A stretch of DNA of 64,000 nt from Lama glama (taxonomy: Eukaryota), in the NCBI GenBank assembly GCA_028534125.1, contig CM052817.1, positions 19,966,001 to 20,030,000 on the forward strand. The letters are read 5' to 3'. The notes beneath the pieces were generated by a model. That model saw nothing but the letters and a program-made list of their open reading frames with translations, did not search any database and had not been told where the DNA came from. This document shows, in pieces, positions 37,441 to 51,573 of this stretch (its first letter is position 1; the number at the start of each line of letters is the position of its first letter). The translations under genes and the position numbers were made by a program.

Positions 37441-40296
37441 AGAAAAAATTGGTAGTTTTGGACACTCTTATTAAGCACCCACACTTACCTGACCGCTTAT
37501 ACTTGTTACTGAATCTGCTTCCTCCAAGTTGTCATAATGAAGCTCTGCCTCATTTTAACAGCTAAGGATCTTTTTTCCTTTCACCTGAAACTGCAAAGAG
37601 TGTTTTTGTCTGAGTCTCAGAGGTGTAGATCCAAAGTAGCACACATCAAGAATAACTTCAGGCTTCCATGAGAGCCAAGATGGGAGTAAAACACACCTAG
37701 AGGACTGTATTCTCAGGCAGGTTGGTTGGTTTCTGATTTCCCTGAGGACCAAGGTACTCTGTAACGCACAGTCTTTTTGTAAGAATTGCCTGTTCCCCTC
37801 TTACCCAATTTAGAATCAACTGGATTCCACAGGAAAGTTCTCCCATATTGTAGGATCCTTCTTTGTACATCATCGCTAAAATCCTCCCTTGAATTTTTGT
37901 TTATTTATTTTCCTGATGAGAGTCACTATGGACCTCAGAAACGTTATTCAAAATCACCACCCCTTTAATCTTGCCCAAATCTCAAGATTAGATCTGCTTT
38001 TTAATGCACCTCATAATCATTTATCTCAATATTATTTATTGTCTCAAAGAGACTATTAAGATAGATTAGAAATAGAGTCACTAGCAGGCACACTCTTTGT
38101 CATCAAAAATTTTTCTGACAAACTTGGACACTTGAAATAGACTTGGAGCCAGGAGCAAGAACATCGCAAAGGTCTTTTCTGATAATGATGGAAAAGCAAA
38201 GATGATGGTGCAAGAATCAGAGTCCTAAGAACATAAGCAATATGATTCATGGATCTGATCATTCTACTCCCCTCCATTGACATTAATCATTTGAACTAAG
38301 TTTAGGATAACTCCAAATTGTTATATTATTTTTCATAGTTTGTTTCAATAAAATCATGTTTTAGTTATCCAAAATAATGCCCTGCAACCAATAAATATTT
38401 ATTTTACTTTAGTAGTTAAATGAGAATACAATACTAGTTAAGGTCTAATTTTAACAGAAACATACAGAAAATAAAATATTTTTTTATTTTACAAATGTAA
38501 CTACAATGTAAATTTTACCTTCCCTGTATGGTCAAGTAATAATTTTTATATTATGATGATACTATGAGCTGAAGTCAGTCTATCTCTTAAGTGTAGAATT
38601 TGTAAAAACATTTCAGACTCTCCAAATGTTATAAAATTGTTACTGTATTATAGAAGAAAGAATTAATTAACTTTGCATTTTCTTAACTGCAGTGAAGTTA
38701 TTCAGACCCATTAGGTAAAGTCAGGAAGAAAGATTAAATGTACTATTAAAGCTATAAAGGAAATGTGCTAATGTTGATATCTGCCCTTCACAAGAGGCAA
38801 ATCACATGATTTTGAAAATATAGTGACAGTTTGTTTCGGGATCAGTGAAGCTAAACCCAGTTTCCTGGATAGGATCCAGACTAGATCATTATATCCTTTC
38901 TCCTTATGTCCTTATAGAAATTGAGTAGTATTATATCTCATCTATTTGTCCTATTTTTTTCCTATTTTCTATTCATCTGGTGATCAAATTTAAGAAGATT
39001 CTGTTAACCTTTAGTTCATCCTGGTTTTCTTTTGTGTAGCTAGGGATTATCTAGTCAAAAGGGGTTATAGCAGTAATATTATTATGCATTTTTTATAGCC
39101 TAAGGTTTTGCAAACTAAATGAGCAAACAGAGAAGCAAAGAAGAAGTATTTTTGATGGCCAAGGCAACAATAAAACTTGATCTCTAAGAAATTTTTTATC
39201 CAGCATGTACTTTTTTAACAATAGTAGACACAGGAAGAAATTGTATTAGGAAAGAACTGAGAATGCAACTCAAGATAAACAATTCAAACTTTATAATTGG
39301 CTGTCAGTCATGTCATGCATTACCCTAGAATAAGTCCATTGACTTATTTTTATTATTTGTATAATGATAGGAAGATGGTACACCAGGCAGTGAATTCTGA
39401 AGTCATTATTGCAATTCTGGTAAGAAACAGTAACCTTTTCTTCTGACTTCTGCTTCACAGCTTCACCAGAGGCGTGCTCTAATCATCTGGACATGCATCA
39501 CCTACGGTCTTACTACTGCATAAAATAATAGGAAGTAACAACTGAACAATCTGATGAGCTAATTAGAGTTCTGAGGGGCTCAGCTAATATTTACAATCCC
39601 CTTGTCACTTGGATCACACTTGCCTCTGGGCCCTAAGGTTGAAGATTCACATCTTACAAACTTACATTGATTCAGATCTTGTTTACTGTCATAGTGACAG
39701 TTCAACCTGTTCTGCGTCATTTAGAATCTTTTTTTTTTTGCATACAAATGTTTTACAATTTCAAATAAAAATAGAACATAAATTCAAGTATGCTAATAAC
39801 AATGCCAATCCCCAGGCCAACTTTTTTTTTTGCTAAATTATGTACAATATGTTAAAAATGATTCACTTTGCTGTTAGAGCTGGCACGTAGAACATGTTTG
39901 GCACTTAAATCTTACTACCAACTCATTGAAATTTGTTGTATTTCTCCAATTTAAAATAGATAATCTGTAAGGTATTACTAACATGTTGGTAAAATGATTA
40001 TAACAAGTATTCAAAATCTGACATTTTCAATGAGAGTATTAATGCCAGGAGGTAATGAAAGGAGAGAGATGAGTCAGTCCCCAGTTCCTGTGTGTGTTCA
40101 TTACCTTCTTTTAATTATCTGTTTCCTCCCTTGGCTCTTACTACCATCATGGACTATGGGGAAAAAAAAAAGAAAAAAGGTATCTACAGAATAGGGCTAC
40201 AATATTTACTGACATTCATTGCAACCTGAAATACAACTTCTCTGTTAGTACATACTTCTCCAAGCTTTGGTGGGAAATGAAAGCTGTGGGTGATGA

Positions 40297-40762
40297 AGCA
40301 GGGGAGCCGAATACGTCAGCCCAAATGAGCCACTTTGGCATGTGGATTGTTCTGAACTGGAGACAATCAGGGCTAACAGACTCAAGAAGAACTTTTTTGT
40401 TTTCCCCTTAACTGTCTAAAAGAATTTGGATAGGAGGCTGTACCAGGAAAAGAACTATTACCAGAGATAACTTCTTATACCAGAAAGACTTATCTGTGTG
40501 GCGTGGCAAACATTTGCACTTCTCATCTTCCTGTGACTTATCTTCCTCCCTTTTCAGCCCTGGTCCCCTATCCTAGCCTGTTCTCCTTAGCTCAGGATGC
40601 TGTCTAAACTCCAATTACCTGACTACTGGAGAGTCTCATTTTTTTATGCCCCCTCCATGCATACATTTTGTTTTTCTCCTACTAATCTGACTTATGTCAA
40701 TTTAATTATAAGACCAGCTACAGACCCCGCAAATGAAGAAGAGAACATTTTCCACCTCTACA
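40297..40762 (+). mobile_element. ERV1-class solo LTR (MER34-like)
   Basis: gccgaatacgtcagcccaaatgagccactttggcatgtggatt...ttttctcctactaatctg...gtcaatttaatt...ttttccacctctaca matches the MER34 layout as recalled. Confidence 0.75.
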
Positions 40763-41094
40763 GTCACTTAGGGAGGGAACTAAACTGAATACAAGATTAT
40801 CTGAAATCTCTTCCTTTTCTTATCTACATTCACCACTTCCCATTTCTTCTTTACATTCCTATCAATTTGTACCTAGATTTTAGGAAAGCTTTCTAGAAAT
40901 ACCCCCTTTCTTATTCAGCCAGCCAGCTTAAAAAGTAAGAAAAAGTAAAAAAAAAAAATGATCAATGCATATTTATGTTCATTACCTGCCTTTACTTTTT
41001 CATTTTAATATCCTACATATGTTTTTAGTGCTAAGTAATACTCTGTTTCTCTCTTTCTACCTTCTCCTCTCCACTTGTTATACAATCCGTGGGG

Positions 41095-41310
41095 CCCTGA
41101 ATAAAAACTATGGTCTCTGACTCAAGCATGTCTTGGTGTAATGCTGGTTTCCTACCTCTGACTTCTTGGAAAGCTTCAGATTCCTTTAAAACAAAAATTG
41201 TAATAGTACCTACCTTACGACGATGTTCTGAGGATTAAATAAAACAGTGCATGTTCAGCATGGCTTAACCTCTCCCTAGGGTAAGCATCGTATAATGACT
41301 ATGTACATAG
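41095..41310 (+). mobile_element. MIR SINE
   Basis: aaaattgtaatagtacctaccttacga...tgaggattaaataaaacagtgcatg is the MIR core. Confidence 0.65.
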
Positions 41311-42139
41311 CTTATAGTTATAATTGAGAACAACTGTGTGTTGATATTGAGTTCCTTAATGAAGATCATAAATGTCCTAAATGATTGTGCTGAAATTAAA
41401 TTAAGATAGTGAGGTTAAATTTTAAAATTTATTGTTTATTATGACTTCACTACTTTAAAACTGTTACATAAAATTATAGAATTGATACTACAAAAATAAG
41501 CATCAGATGGCTAAAAAACAAGTATTTGACTCTTGCATTTGAACACTTTACAATTTAGTGATGAACTGACTTTTCAAATAAACATTTACACATACATGAC
41601 CAGATGATATTACCAATAAAAGCAAGTACAGAGTATTAATTATCTACCTTTTATTTGACTGTAGGTCTTGAACAAGAGGACTAATTCCTTGAATGGTGCC
41701 ACTCAGGTCACAATAGAAATGTGGATTAAGTTACTACTTTATTCAAAACTCTTTAATCAGCTATCAAGAGTGAAAAAGACAAATTAGACATCTGGCCTTC
41801 TTAGAAGTTAAGTTTACCACACATTCTTAATTTTAATCCATTCCATGGTCCTTGAAAAACGAATGCTCACAGAAATTGTAGACAGTCAACAAGGTGGGAA
41901 AATATGTGACCCAAAAAGCAGACTCTTTCATAGTATTATATTAATTTTTACTTTTGAACGACATAGCAGCAGACAAAACCAGTGGAGTTCACCATTAGCA
42001 TCTAAAATACTACACAGGTGTCAGACATGTGTGGTTTATTTATGTAAAACGGATGGGGAGTCTGATTAAAGAATTATTGCAACTTCCAGCTGAAAGCAAT
42101 CTTGAAAATCATGAGGACCAAGCCTATCCCCCGCTACAA

Positions 42140-42370
42140 GTATAGAACAGTGGGAAAGAGCTTAGGTTTTGGAGTCAGTCTGCAAAGGTTGAAATCCCCG
42201 CTCACACCCTTACTCTCTGAGCTTAAAAAAAGAAATCTCATTTTCAACTTTCTCATTTTAAAGTGGAGGAAGTCTCTTCTTCATAAGTGTGTTTGTCATT
42301 ATTTAATACATGCAAAGAGTAAATAGTAGTGATTCACATATACTAAATATTTAATACAATTCAAATATTA
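42140..42370 (+). mobile_element. MIR SINE
   Basis: gtatagaacagtgggaaagagcttaggttttggagtcag...ggttgaaatccc...tttctcattttaaagtggag. Confidence 0.65.
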
Positions 42371-42402
42371 TGAAAATGATAAAGATGGCTTCCTTTACTG
42401 AC

Positions 42403-42748
42403 AAATGTGGGAAAAACTTTTTCTGTGAAGGAGCAGATTATTAATACTTTAGGCTTGGCAGGCCATACGATTTCCCTCCCAGCTGCTCAGATCTGCCGCT
42501 GGAGAGTGAAAGCAGCTACAGGAAAAAAAGCATGTAAATGAAGAAGGATGACTGTTTGATAATAAAACTTGATTCATGAACACTGAAATTTGAATTTCAT
42601 ATAATTTCATATGTCACAAAATATTATTCTCCAAATGGTATGTTTCTACCACTCGAAAATGAGAAAAAAACCCATTCTCAGACTGTGAGCTGTACAGAAG
42701 TGGAGAGCAGGCTGGATTTGCCCCTGGACTGTCGTTCCCTGACGCTTG
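42403..42748 (+). mobile_element. MER58B-like hAT-Charlie DNA transposon
   Basis: aaactttttctgtgaaggagcagat...aataaaactt...cactgaaatttgaatttcatataatttcatatgtcacaaaatattattct...ggctggatttgccc matches MER58B as recalled. Confidence 0.85.
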
Positions 42749-43004
42749 TGATTTTATTTCAGCAGGCCTCTCATGCAGCTTGGGCTTGTTGGCCTTGTCT
42801 GTGCAATGGGGGTTGCAGGATCTCCTTACCTGATGCAAAGCTGTTATACTATGCTAATGAAGAAAGGTTGGAAATCTGGTCAATAGCAAACAATTGATGA
42901 TGCAGCAGTAAAACGCAAAATACAACCAGAAAGTCTTTTAAACTATCTTTATTTTTTTTTCTCATTTTAAACAATCATCACGCTTGCAATTAGTAATGTT
43001 TTTC

Positions 43005-43135
43005 TCATTGGACTGAATAAAAGTTCCTCAAGGCAGGAACTCTGACTATTCTATTTACCTTGATCTCAGTATCTGTTAGAGCTACTGGTACATGAGAGGT
43101 TGTCAGCAATATTAACTGAATAAATAAATGAAAAA
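43005..43135 (+). mobile_element. L2 3' end
   Basis: aagttcctcaaggcaggaactctg...ctggtacatgagagg...aatattaactgaataaataaatgaa. Confidence 0.65.
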
Positions 43136-45919
43136 TAGATAAACATAAAATAAAGCCTATCCCATTATTTAATCCTATCTCTTCTACTTTCTCTAAGAGT
43201 ATAAATTTAACTAGATTGAAATAAATAAAAGGAAATTTGGCTTACAAGCTACTGGACCATTGCTGGAATAATCACTATCGTTCCTTCCTAGATCGTGGGT
43301 TATGCCTCTGTTGGCCATGACCTTGAGTATGTGATTCCATTATAACTTGCCTAGAATCCCATTAACCACTATTTTCACTTTCCCACTTTCCATTCTCAGA
43401 CATTCCTAATTATGATGATTATTTTAATTTTTGATCTAAGCTGATTGTTAAGTATCAGCAAATACTCTCCAATACTGACTTTTTCAATCTATTTTTAAAA
43501 ATAAAAATGACCATGTGACTGCATCTGTGAAATCTGACAGGTTATCCATTAAACAAATTTAATAGGCAATATATAGTTTTTTGGAGATATTTTAGCAAGA
43601 AAATTAACAGGCTGAATTGTTATCATTTTAAAAATCCTTCCTCTTTTTTCCCCTCCTCTTCCTATTTTCCAAGTCTCTGACTGATATCTTGACTTATTTG
43701 TTCTACACTTTTTAGCACTTGTTTTCTAAAGATTCAAGATTAAGTTTATATACTTTCTACTTCTCACATTTTTCAATTTCTCTTTTCTAATAGATCCTCT
43801 TTATTGCCTGCCTGTCTGAGATACTGTTGACAGATTCTCTCTTATTAAACCATCCATGTTCCTGAAGCCTCAGGTAACAACCACAGCAATGATCTGCTCC
43901 AAAAAATGGAAAATAAGATTTCAAACTTTTTCTTAAAGAAGACTAAGTGAGAGACATTTCTTTTCATCTGTAGTCCACAGAATCATCTTGCATTTTCCCA
44001 TAGATATACAACAGCAAAGTGATTTGGAGCGTCCACCAATGTATTCCCCAGAGCTCCTTATAGAAACAGTAAAGAGCTTTGAGGGTGTGAGATCACTTCC
44101 CACATCTTTTTAACTTCCTTACTTTTCCCACTAGATTCATCATTCTTATCTAAGAAGGAAGGAAGATTCTCATTTTCCATGCTTTCACTCCAGCACAGTG
44201 TTCTCAAGGGAGTAATATGTGGGAATATGGGCTCCAGAGTGCCTTTAAATTTTCTAGCAAGTGCAATCCAGTACACCCACTGGAAGGCACACCATATTCT
44301 GCTACACTAGAGGTTTGGTGGCTGGCATCTTGCCATTTGCTTAACGCACTAGGCAGTACAAGATAATTTATTTCAGGTTATTTGTTATTCTTAGGTAATA
44401 TGCTTCGACCATTTTGCCTTCAGTTGCAAAGACCCTATTATATTTAAATCTTGGATTGTGTACATTTGAACCTGATGAACTTTAGACTAAATTACTCTTT
44501 AATCAACATACCAATTTCAAGACTTGACGTTTAATGACATTATGATGCCCATTAGTACGGTATCACTGCAAAAGCACTCTTACGAATACACTTATTGTAT
44601 ATATTATCCAATGTTTGAATCAGTGTCATAGGTCAAGGGTTGAAAATGAAGTTATAACTGTAGAATATTAGCATGAAAAGATAAAACTGATGACCAAATA
44701 AAGTCACTATAATTACAAGGAGCAAAAAAGATGTGATTTACACTTCATTTTACATAGTAAATGGAGGGAAATGACTTTTTTATTTCAAAGGGTTCATATT
44801 CAATGAAACCCTTTAAATGATATGTACTTCAACTTTTATAATTAATCTATATGAATCATTTCAAATGAATGATTTAATTAATCATTTGAAAGTATTCTAC
44901 TGTCTCAACTCAATGGTGTGGTTAAAATTAACTAAATGAATTTTTCCCAAACTCATTCTCAGGGAGCATACATTCTCAGTGCACAGATTTAGTTGACTAT
45001 TCTGTCATCCAAGTCCAGTTGCCAGCCTTCATAATCTTTATACATGGGGTGATAGAATGGTTGCATTCTCCAATTTGCCTTTGTGTCTCATGTGTCCTCT
45101 TGGGTTGGCATCCTTTCTCAGTTCTAACTGTTGTCTGTCTCTCCTTTTCTCTCTCTGACACACATACACACACAATTTACTGCTGTCACCTCTTCATCAT
45201 TTCTTTCCAATTTGCATAATTTACTATTCATCTGACAACAAAGGTCTATTGTTGAAAAGCAATAGTAAGGAGGAAAAGAAGTACTGTTTGTTATCACATA
45301 CTAATTTGATTTCTTTAACGGCTTTGATGCCAAAAGTGCCTTAAAATGATCAGTAGGCCTAATAATTATTTAGCCATAATTATGGCCCTTTATGTGAAAG
45401 CTGAGGAGATGATTCACAGAATGAAATAAGACTAAACTAGTGTAAAACCACAGGTGACATGGTTTTATACTATAAGAAAATGAAAAGGCAGAATCAATGT
45501 TTTATGTTTCCAAAACAAGTAACCAAAAAAAAAAAAGAAAAAAAGTCACTATATTTTTTCTTAATCAGAATTGAACAAATCTATGTAATATGCCATGAAA
45601 TGCAGTTATTGTTTCATTTATAATTATTCTAGTAGGTAATTAATCTCCAATTACATCATCAAAATATCCACTCCTTAAAAAAATTCATTGAATCGCCTTC
45701 ATTGCTAACATACTCAGTTGCTATAAATCACCTCATATTTTGTTGTTTTTATTTCTCAGCAGTTTGAAAAATTTCTTCATTTTTTTGTTGCTGAAACCAA
45801 CCCAGAACAGCACACAAAAACCCCATTTAAGTATCTGTTTTGTACTCAGCTCCCCTGTAGAGATGTGTAGCTACAATATTATACGCAGAATTTTGGTGCT
45901 TTACATCAGTCTCTACTTT

Positions 45920-46400
45920 CTGGTCACAGAAATTAATTTGAACAAAACAAAGATGCCAGTTTACTAAGACAAGCCAGAAATCTTTCACGGAGTTCTCAAA
46001 GCCCAGCCAGGACTAGGAGAAGACTGGAGCAGGGAACTAGAAGGCTGATTGGAAACCCGGATGTGCTATTCTGCCTCTTTGCTTCTGCTTCTCTCATCAT
46101 GTGCTCATTCTCTCTTTCTGAAAACCGTTGCTCTCTGCTTTACTGCTTAGTTGTCTCTCTTGGACTCTTTCCTCCATCACTTTTTGGTCAAATACCTGGA
46201 TAGCAAGTGCTGATTACTCCAACTTGGACTAGGTCACCATCTGTAGCCCAGTCAATTGTGAAGGAGGAAGTGGGCCAGACTACTTTGTTCCAAATGGTTG
46301 TGGGGGACCATTACTATTGCTAAGGGAAAAGGGGCAAAAAGAAGCATCTAAAAGAATTGGCTGAGCTCTGCAGTCAGTTCTAAAGATACCCACTACACAT
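45920..46400 (-). mobile_element. Ancient MaLR LTR (MLT1L/N-like)
   Basis: ...gtgctgattactccaacttggactaggtcacc...gcccagtcaattgtg... pattern. Diverged. Confidence 0.4.
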
Positions 46401-46913
46401 GACATGTGTTTCACTCCACCAGAGTTCTTACAATCTCAAGAGGTCCTTGAGTTAGACATTTGAATAATCAACAGTAGTAATTAGGTTTCAGGATTTTCAA
46501 CTTTCAGGTAAAGAAGTCTCTAATGTACACAAGGTTACTCAATGCTTACAAATTCCTTTATTATAAGTTGTTTATATTTAGGCTATATCGCAGCAAACAT
46601 CACTATGATGTAAAGTTGTTTATAGAGAAGATTAAGAAATTGATTGACATCTAAAGTTCTCTACATTCAAATGTACAAATTGAGAACAAGTGACAGAGCT
46701 TCTCTTCCATGAAAGGGAGATTATTACTTAAATTCAAGGAAAATAATTTAAGAAGTAAAAGTGTGTAAGCTGCTGTCAAATATTTATGAAGTTAAAATGG
46801 ATAAAACATGAAAATGATCACTTTTGTCAGCATATTCCACATATCCTATACAGAGAAAAGTGAGATCTAGCAAAAGTTGAGATCTTAGGCAAAGGTACTT
46901 ACTGGTTTAGAAC

Positions 46914-47514
46914 CAAAAATATACATGCACCCCAGTGTTCACAGCAGCACTATTTACAGTAGCCAAGATATAGATACAACCTAAATGCCCATCAACAGAT
47001 GACTGGATAAAGAAGTGATATGTTTATACAATGGAATATTACTCAGCCATTAAGAAGAATAAAATAATTCCATTTGCAGCAACACGAATGGACCTGGAGA
47101 TTGTCATTCTAAGTGAACTAAGCAAGAAAGAGAAAGAAAAATACCATATGATATCACTCATATGTAGAATCTAAAAAAAAAAAAGACAAATGAACTTATT
47201 TACAAAACAGAAACAGACTCACAGACATAGAAAACACTTATGATTATGGGGCAGGGGAAGAGGGTAGGAAGGGATAAATTGAGAGTTTTAGATGATTTTT
47301 AAATATTAGCTACTATATCTAAAACAGATGAAAAAAATTTCTTCTATATAGCACAGGGAACTATATTCAATATCTTGTAGTAACCTGTAATGAAAAAGAA
47401 TATGAACGTGAATATATATATGCATATGTATGACTGCAACATTATGCTGTACACCAGAAATTGACACAACATCATAAAGTGACTGTATGTCAATTTAAAT
47501 AATATAATAAAAAA
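46914..47514 (+). mobile_element. 5'-truncated L1 (ORF2 C-terminus + 3' UTR), same broad family as 2512-3200
   Basis: tgcaccccagtgttcacagcagcactatttacagtagccaaga (CTPVFTAALFTVAK). Shares 3' UTR blocks aaaacagaaacagactca, tagcacaggga, tatgctgtacac, ttgacacaaca with the first L1. Confidence 0.92.
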
Positions 47515-47604
47515 GAAGTAAATGAAAAGGGTGTCTACGTTTTGTAGTGAGTGGAAATGAGAAGTTTTCAGGGGAAATTATATGTAGCAGAAAAAAATTG
47601 TTCA

Positions 47605-48000
47605 CAATTATCCATTACCCACTCTTTCATTTAGTTTTAGTTCCCCTCTGAGATTTAGCTGTCCATATGGCTGCTGGGCTAGAAAAACATATCCCATATT
47701 CTTTTGCAAGCTGGTAAAGCCATATTTTGGTTTAAGCAACGTGAGCGGAAATGAAACATGCAATTTGTCAATTGCCCTCTACTTTGAATCCCCTCTTCCT
47801 GATATCAGGGTTATGATGAGATTGGAAGCAGCTGGTTTGGACCTAGAAACGTAAAACCCAGGACTAAGGATAACAACTCTGATAACTCTCTTCTACTTAA
47901 TTCTGGGCTGTTTCTTGCCAGAGAACTGTTCTTCAGCTCTATTCAAGTCATCACATGTTAATCACTATTCATGAAACCAAAACATAACATTTAACTAACT
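47605..48000 (+). mobile_element. Ancient MaLR LTR (MLT1J-like)
   Basis: atatcccatattcttttgca...gtgagcggaaatga...ggaagcagct...tattcaagtcatc...aaccaaaacataacatttaactaa layout. Confidence 0.55.
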
Positions 48001-49756
48001 TATTTAATAAAAGAGTGAGCTCAGTATCATTTAAGACTGAGGAGTAAAAGCTGTCCAGTAAAAAGCGGGGAGTATATTTTGCCTACAACAGCCATGCAGG
48101 TCCATACACATACAGTACAGCAGAAAAGAAAGTTGGACGTGATCCCCTAAAGGAAAAGCAGAAAAGTGCAAGAAAAGAGGAGAACAGGCAACGAAGCTCC
48201 TTGGATTTTAGGTGGTAGGGAGGACAGGAGCACATGGAATAGAAACATGGTGGGATTTGTTAATCTCACCATTTTGGCTCAAATATGAATTCAAGTTTCA
48301 TCTTTGCATCTGCAGGCAAAAGTTCTTGTAAGACCTGAGTTTTCAAATAGTTGCTGTGATCAGCAACTGACCATTCATTGAACTTCTATCCAACACAAAG
48401 CATAAACTAGGGTAAAAGGTGTGGTGAGATGAGTTTCAAGTGAGGATTTGAGAACCAGGGCTTGACAGGGTCAAGCCTATATTCTGATATATATCAACTC
48501 TATGTTCTGAGATCCATAGTAATTCCCTTTAAATTGGTCTGGAGTTTCAGGTAAAAGTGTTGGAATCCTTACACCATAGCCTGCAGAAAACCATTGAACA
48601 GGCATGAAAGGGGAAGTGATAGTTTATTATTGCTCAGAAGGTCTGACCAATCAATCAGTACATTTGCACTTGGGCTATTCAGGAAGTAAAGGTTGAGAGA
48701 ATGCAAAGGGAGAAGAAAATGCTGTGAACAAAATCGCAAAATTGGAACAAGGGGCACATAGATATACTCTATAAATCAGAGGGACAAGTACATGAAGTCT
48801 AAAACAGAGTATTAAGGCTAAATTTCAGAATATTAGAAAACCTGTACACTAAATCTTTTATTTTAGAGGAAACTGAAAGCCAAAGATTAGAATCTACATG
48901 GTTGCAAGCACACACTCAAACAGCATCAGATTCACTGTTAGAATTTGTGGTGACTTGATTTCCTGATCCATGATTTCTGCAGACAGGAGCATAGGTTTGC
49001 ATGCATGTGTGTGTAGTGAGGAGGGAGGCATACATGTTTTAATGTCAAGAGCTTATTTGGGATAAGAAAGTTTTGGACAAGGAGAAAATATTTTATCTTA
49101 TGATTTTTAGTGTATTATTGTTTTCTATAATAATACTTTAAGAAAGTTAATATTTTTCATGTACTACAAAAATAAGCTAATATTTATAAGAATCATGTTT
49201 TTTAAGAAATAAAATATTTAGTAAAGAAACAGGTGTGGTAAGATGAAAATATTTCCCTGGTGTTGAGTGACAGGTTGGTGTCAGTCCTAGACCAGACATA
49301 CAGTTTAACTCTGTTGCTAAAATTGTGTATTTTAGTTCAGTGGCTGTTAAAACTCTCCAAAGAAAGATTGATTTTGGTTTCTAAGAATTTAAATGTATGC
49401 AATGTGCATGGCTAAAGAATGAATGGGAAGAGAGTATACAATTTAGAATTATTGCCATGTGACTTAACCTAATTACATTTCTACTTGCTTATCTAATACA
49501 TGGCTTTCAATATTTTACTATATGACCTGATATTAGCTCTGTGATAATGCTAACGTTGACCTATGTTTCTAACTACATGGCGAGACGAACTCTTCCTGCT
49601 CTCAGTAGAGGCAGCGGGATATATTTTAATGCATTTAAGTCAGAGATTTCTCCTTCTAACACAGACTTGTCACATGGCTTGCCGTGTACTTCTTTTACAA
49701 GACACCGCCATCTATAAAGGCACAAACGCACAATCTAGGGAAGGTTCCAGACTATA

Positions 49757-49910
49757 CACTTTCTTTTGTCTTTCCTTATTCTTTTCTTTTTCATTTTCCT
49801 TTTCCTCCTCTCTGTTCCTTCCTCCTTCCTTCCCTCTCTCCCTCCCTCCTTCTATTCCTTTCTTCCTTCCTCCCTCCTTCTTTCCTTTCTTTCTTTTTCT
49901 TTCTTTATTT
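49757..49910. repeat. Polypyrimidine low-complexity tract (CCTT/CTTT/CCT)
   Basis: About 150 bp almost exclusively C/T on the plus strand. Confidence 0.9.
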
Positions 49911-51573
49911 CAAGTCTTACACACCAAATAGGGACTGTGAACCCAGAAGGGTAATAAAAAGTGAAGCACTTTGCCTCATAATGGGACTTTCCCAGAAATT
50001 CAAGTGAACACCTACAGAGACATCATAACCACAAGAGGGCAGCCAAGACCCAAAGGGAAAAAAAAAAAAAAAAAGACATGCAGAGTTCAAACTTTGTCCA
50101 AATAATCACTGATTTTCCTGAAAGTCATCATGAAAACAGTTTTATCCACCATTCAAAATCAAACACTTGCCCTGTGATGGACTCTAAGTTTTCTATTTTT
50201 CCCTGCCTGCTCAACATATCAGTTTCTTAATAAAGAGATACAATAAATGGTTTGGGCAGGACCTCAGTAAGGGAATCCAGAGATGTTCCAATCTGCCAAA
50301 CAACTACCTTTCTGAAAGAGTTAAATGAGTTAGATGGCAACTCACTGAGTGACTCTACCTGTCTGAAGGTTACACATTTAGAGTAAATGTCTTGTGGCCC
50401 TCACTTCATAGAGCTGTCTCTTGGAAAGATGAGACGAGGACAATTTTATTTGACTAATGTTTCTCAAAATAGAAAAAAAAAAAAGAAGAAGTTAAGTTTG
50501 TGATTGAGCTAATAGCAACAGTTCATTGAAAATAACCCCAAATGTGGAAACCATTTAAGTTGACAATATGTGAAGCATTAAGACTCACTAGAAACAATAC
50601 GATCTCATTTTGTTCCGCTTTGCATACTTAAGTGTTCCCTATTGTATTCTTCCAAATACTTTCAATTCAGAACTATGAAGAGCTCCTTTGTACTCCGAAG
50701 TACCATGGCAGACACATCTTCCAAACAAGGGTTTTTGCATGTCAGCTGCTCGGCAGGAAATAGGTTTTTCCAATAACTATTCCTTAATTGTCTAACTCAT
50801 TAATGATTTTTATCACTTAGGAAAGTGTGCCGAATCCCTCATGGAGCTCAATTACATTTCAGGAATGAAAAGCGCAATGCCTGGAAACACTGGACTCTTA
50901 TAAAAAGCAAGCTTTTTTCCCTCTTTTTTATCTCTCCCACTGAGACACTTTAGAATACAGAGCCATAATGTCTCCTGTTACATGCGTCAACACATGATGT
51001 AATGCAGAAAACAGAATGACTGAGAGCAGGTGAAATGCATTTGCTAGGTCCCGAAAAATGTTCTGAAAAGGAAAAAAAAAAAGTAGACTGCAGACTCTGA
51101 ACTTAACTCTTTGTTTGTATATGAAATAAGGAAGGGATTCTTGCAAAATGGATTTTACTCCTTCTGGAGAGAAGAAAGTTATGGGTAATAAGTTATCTTT
51201 CAGCAAGCATCAGCACAACTATAAATCTACAACATAAAAAATCAACAGAATTCATTATTGGCCATTGAATATGAGGCTTAGAAATCACCATGGAGAAGAA
51301 TATCAAACCATATGCACCTGCTCTCTGTGGCATGTTTCTCCTTATTTTGTAAGCATTTTAGGCATAACAGTTGTGTCCATTATTGAATTTATCTTTACAG
51401 GAATGCTATGAGTTTGTAATAAATGTTTAATAGCAATAATCAGAAGACCCTAGAAGAAAAATCTCACTTTAATTTGAAAGCAAGAAATCTTACAAACAAT
51501 AGTTTTATTATAAGACAATGTAAATCAAAAAATATATTTAAATTCGAATACATATGGTGAGTAGAACTAGCAT

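Noticed and set aside
45361..45386. Perfect palindromes aataattatt and gccataattatggc (also taattagctaatta at 28459-28472)
   Set aside because: Several 14-bp palindromes are expected by chance in 64 kb of AT-rich DNA.
49563..50007. Three overlapping ORFs (62-122 aa)
   Set aside because: Stop-free only because they cross the polypyrimidine tract, giving Phe/Ser/Leu/Pro runs.
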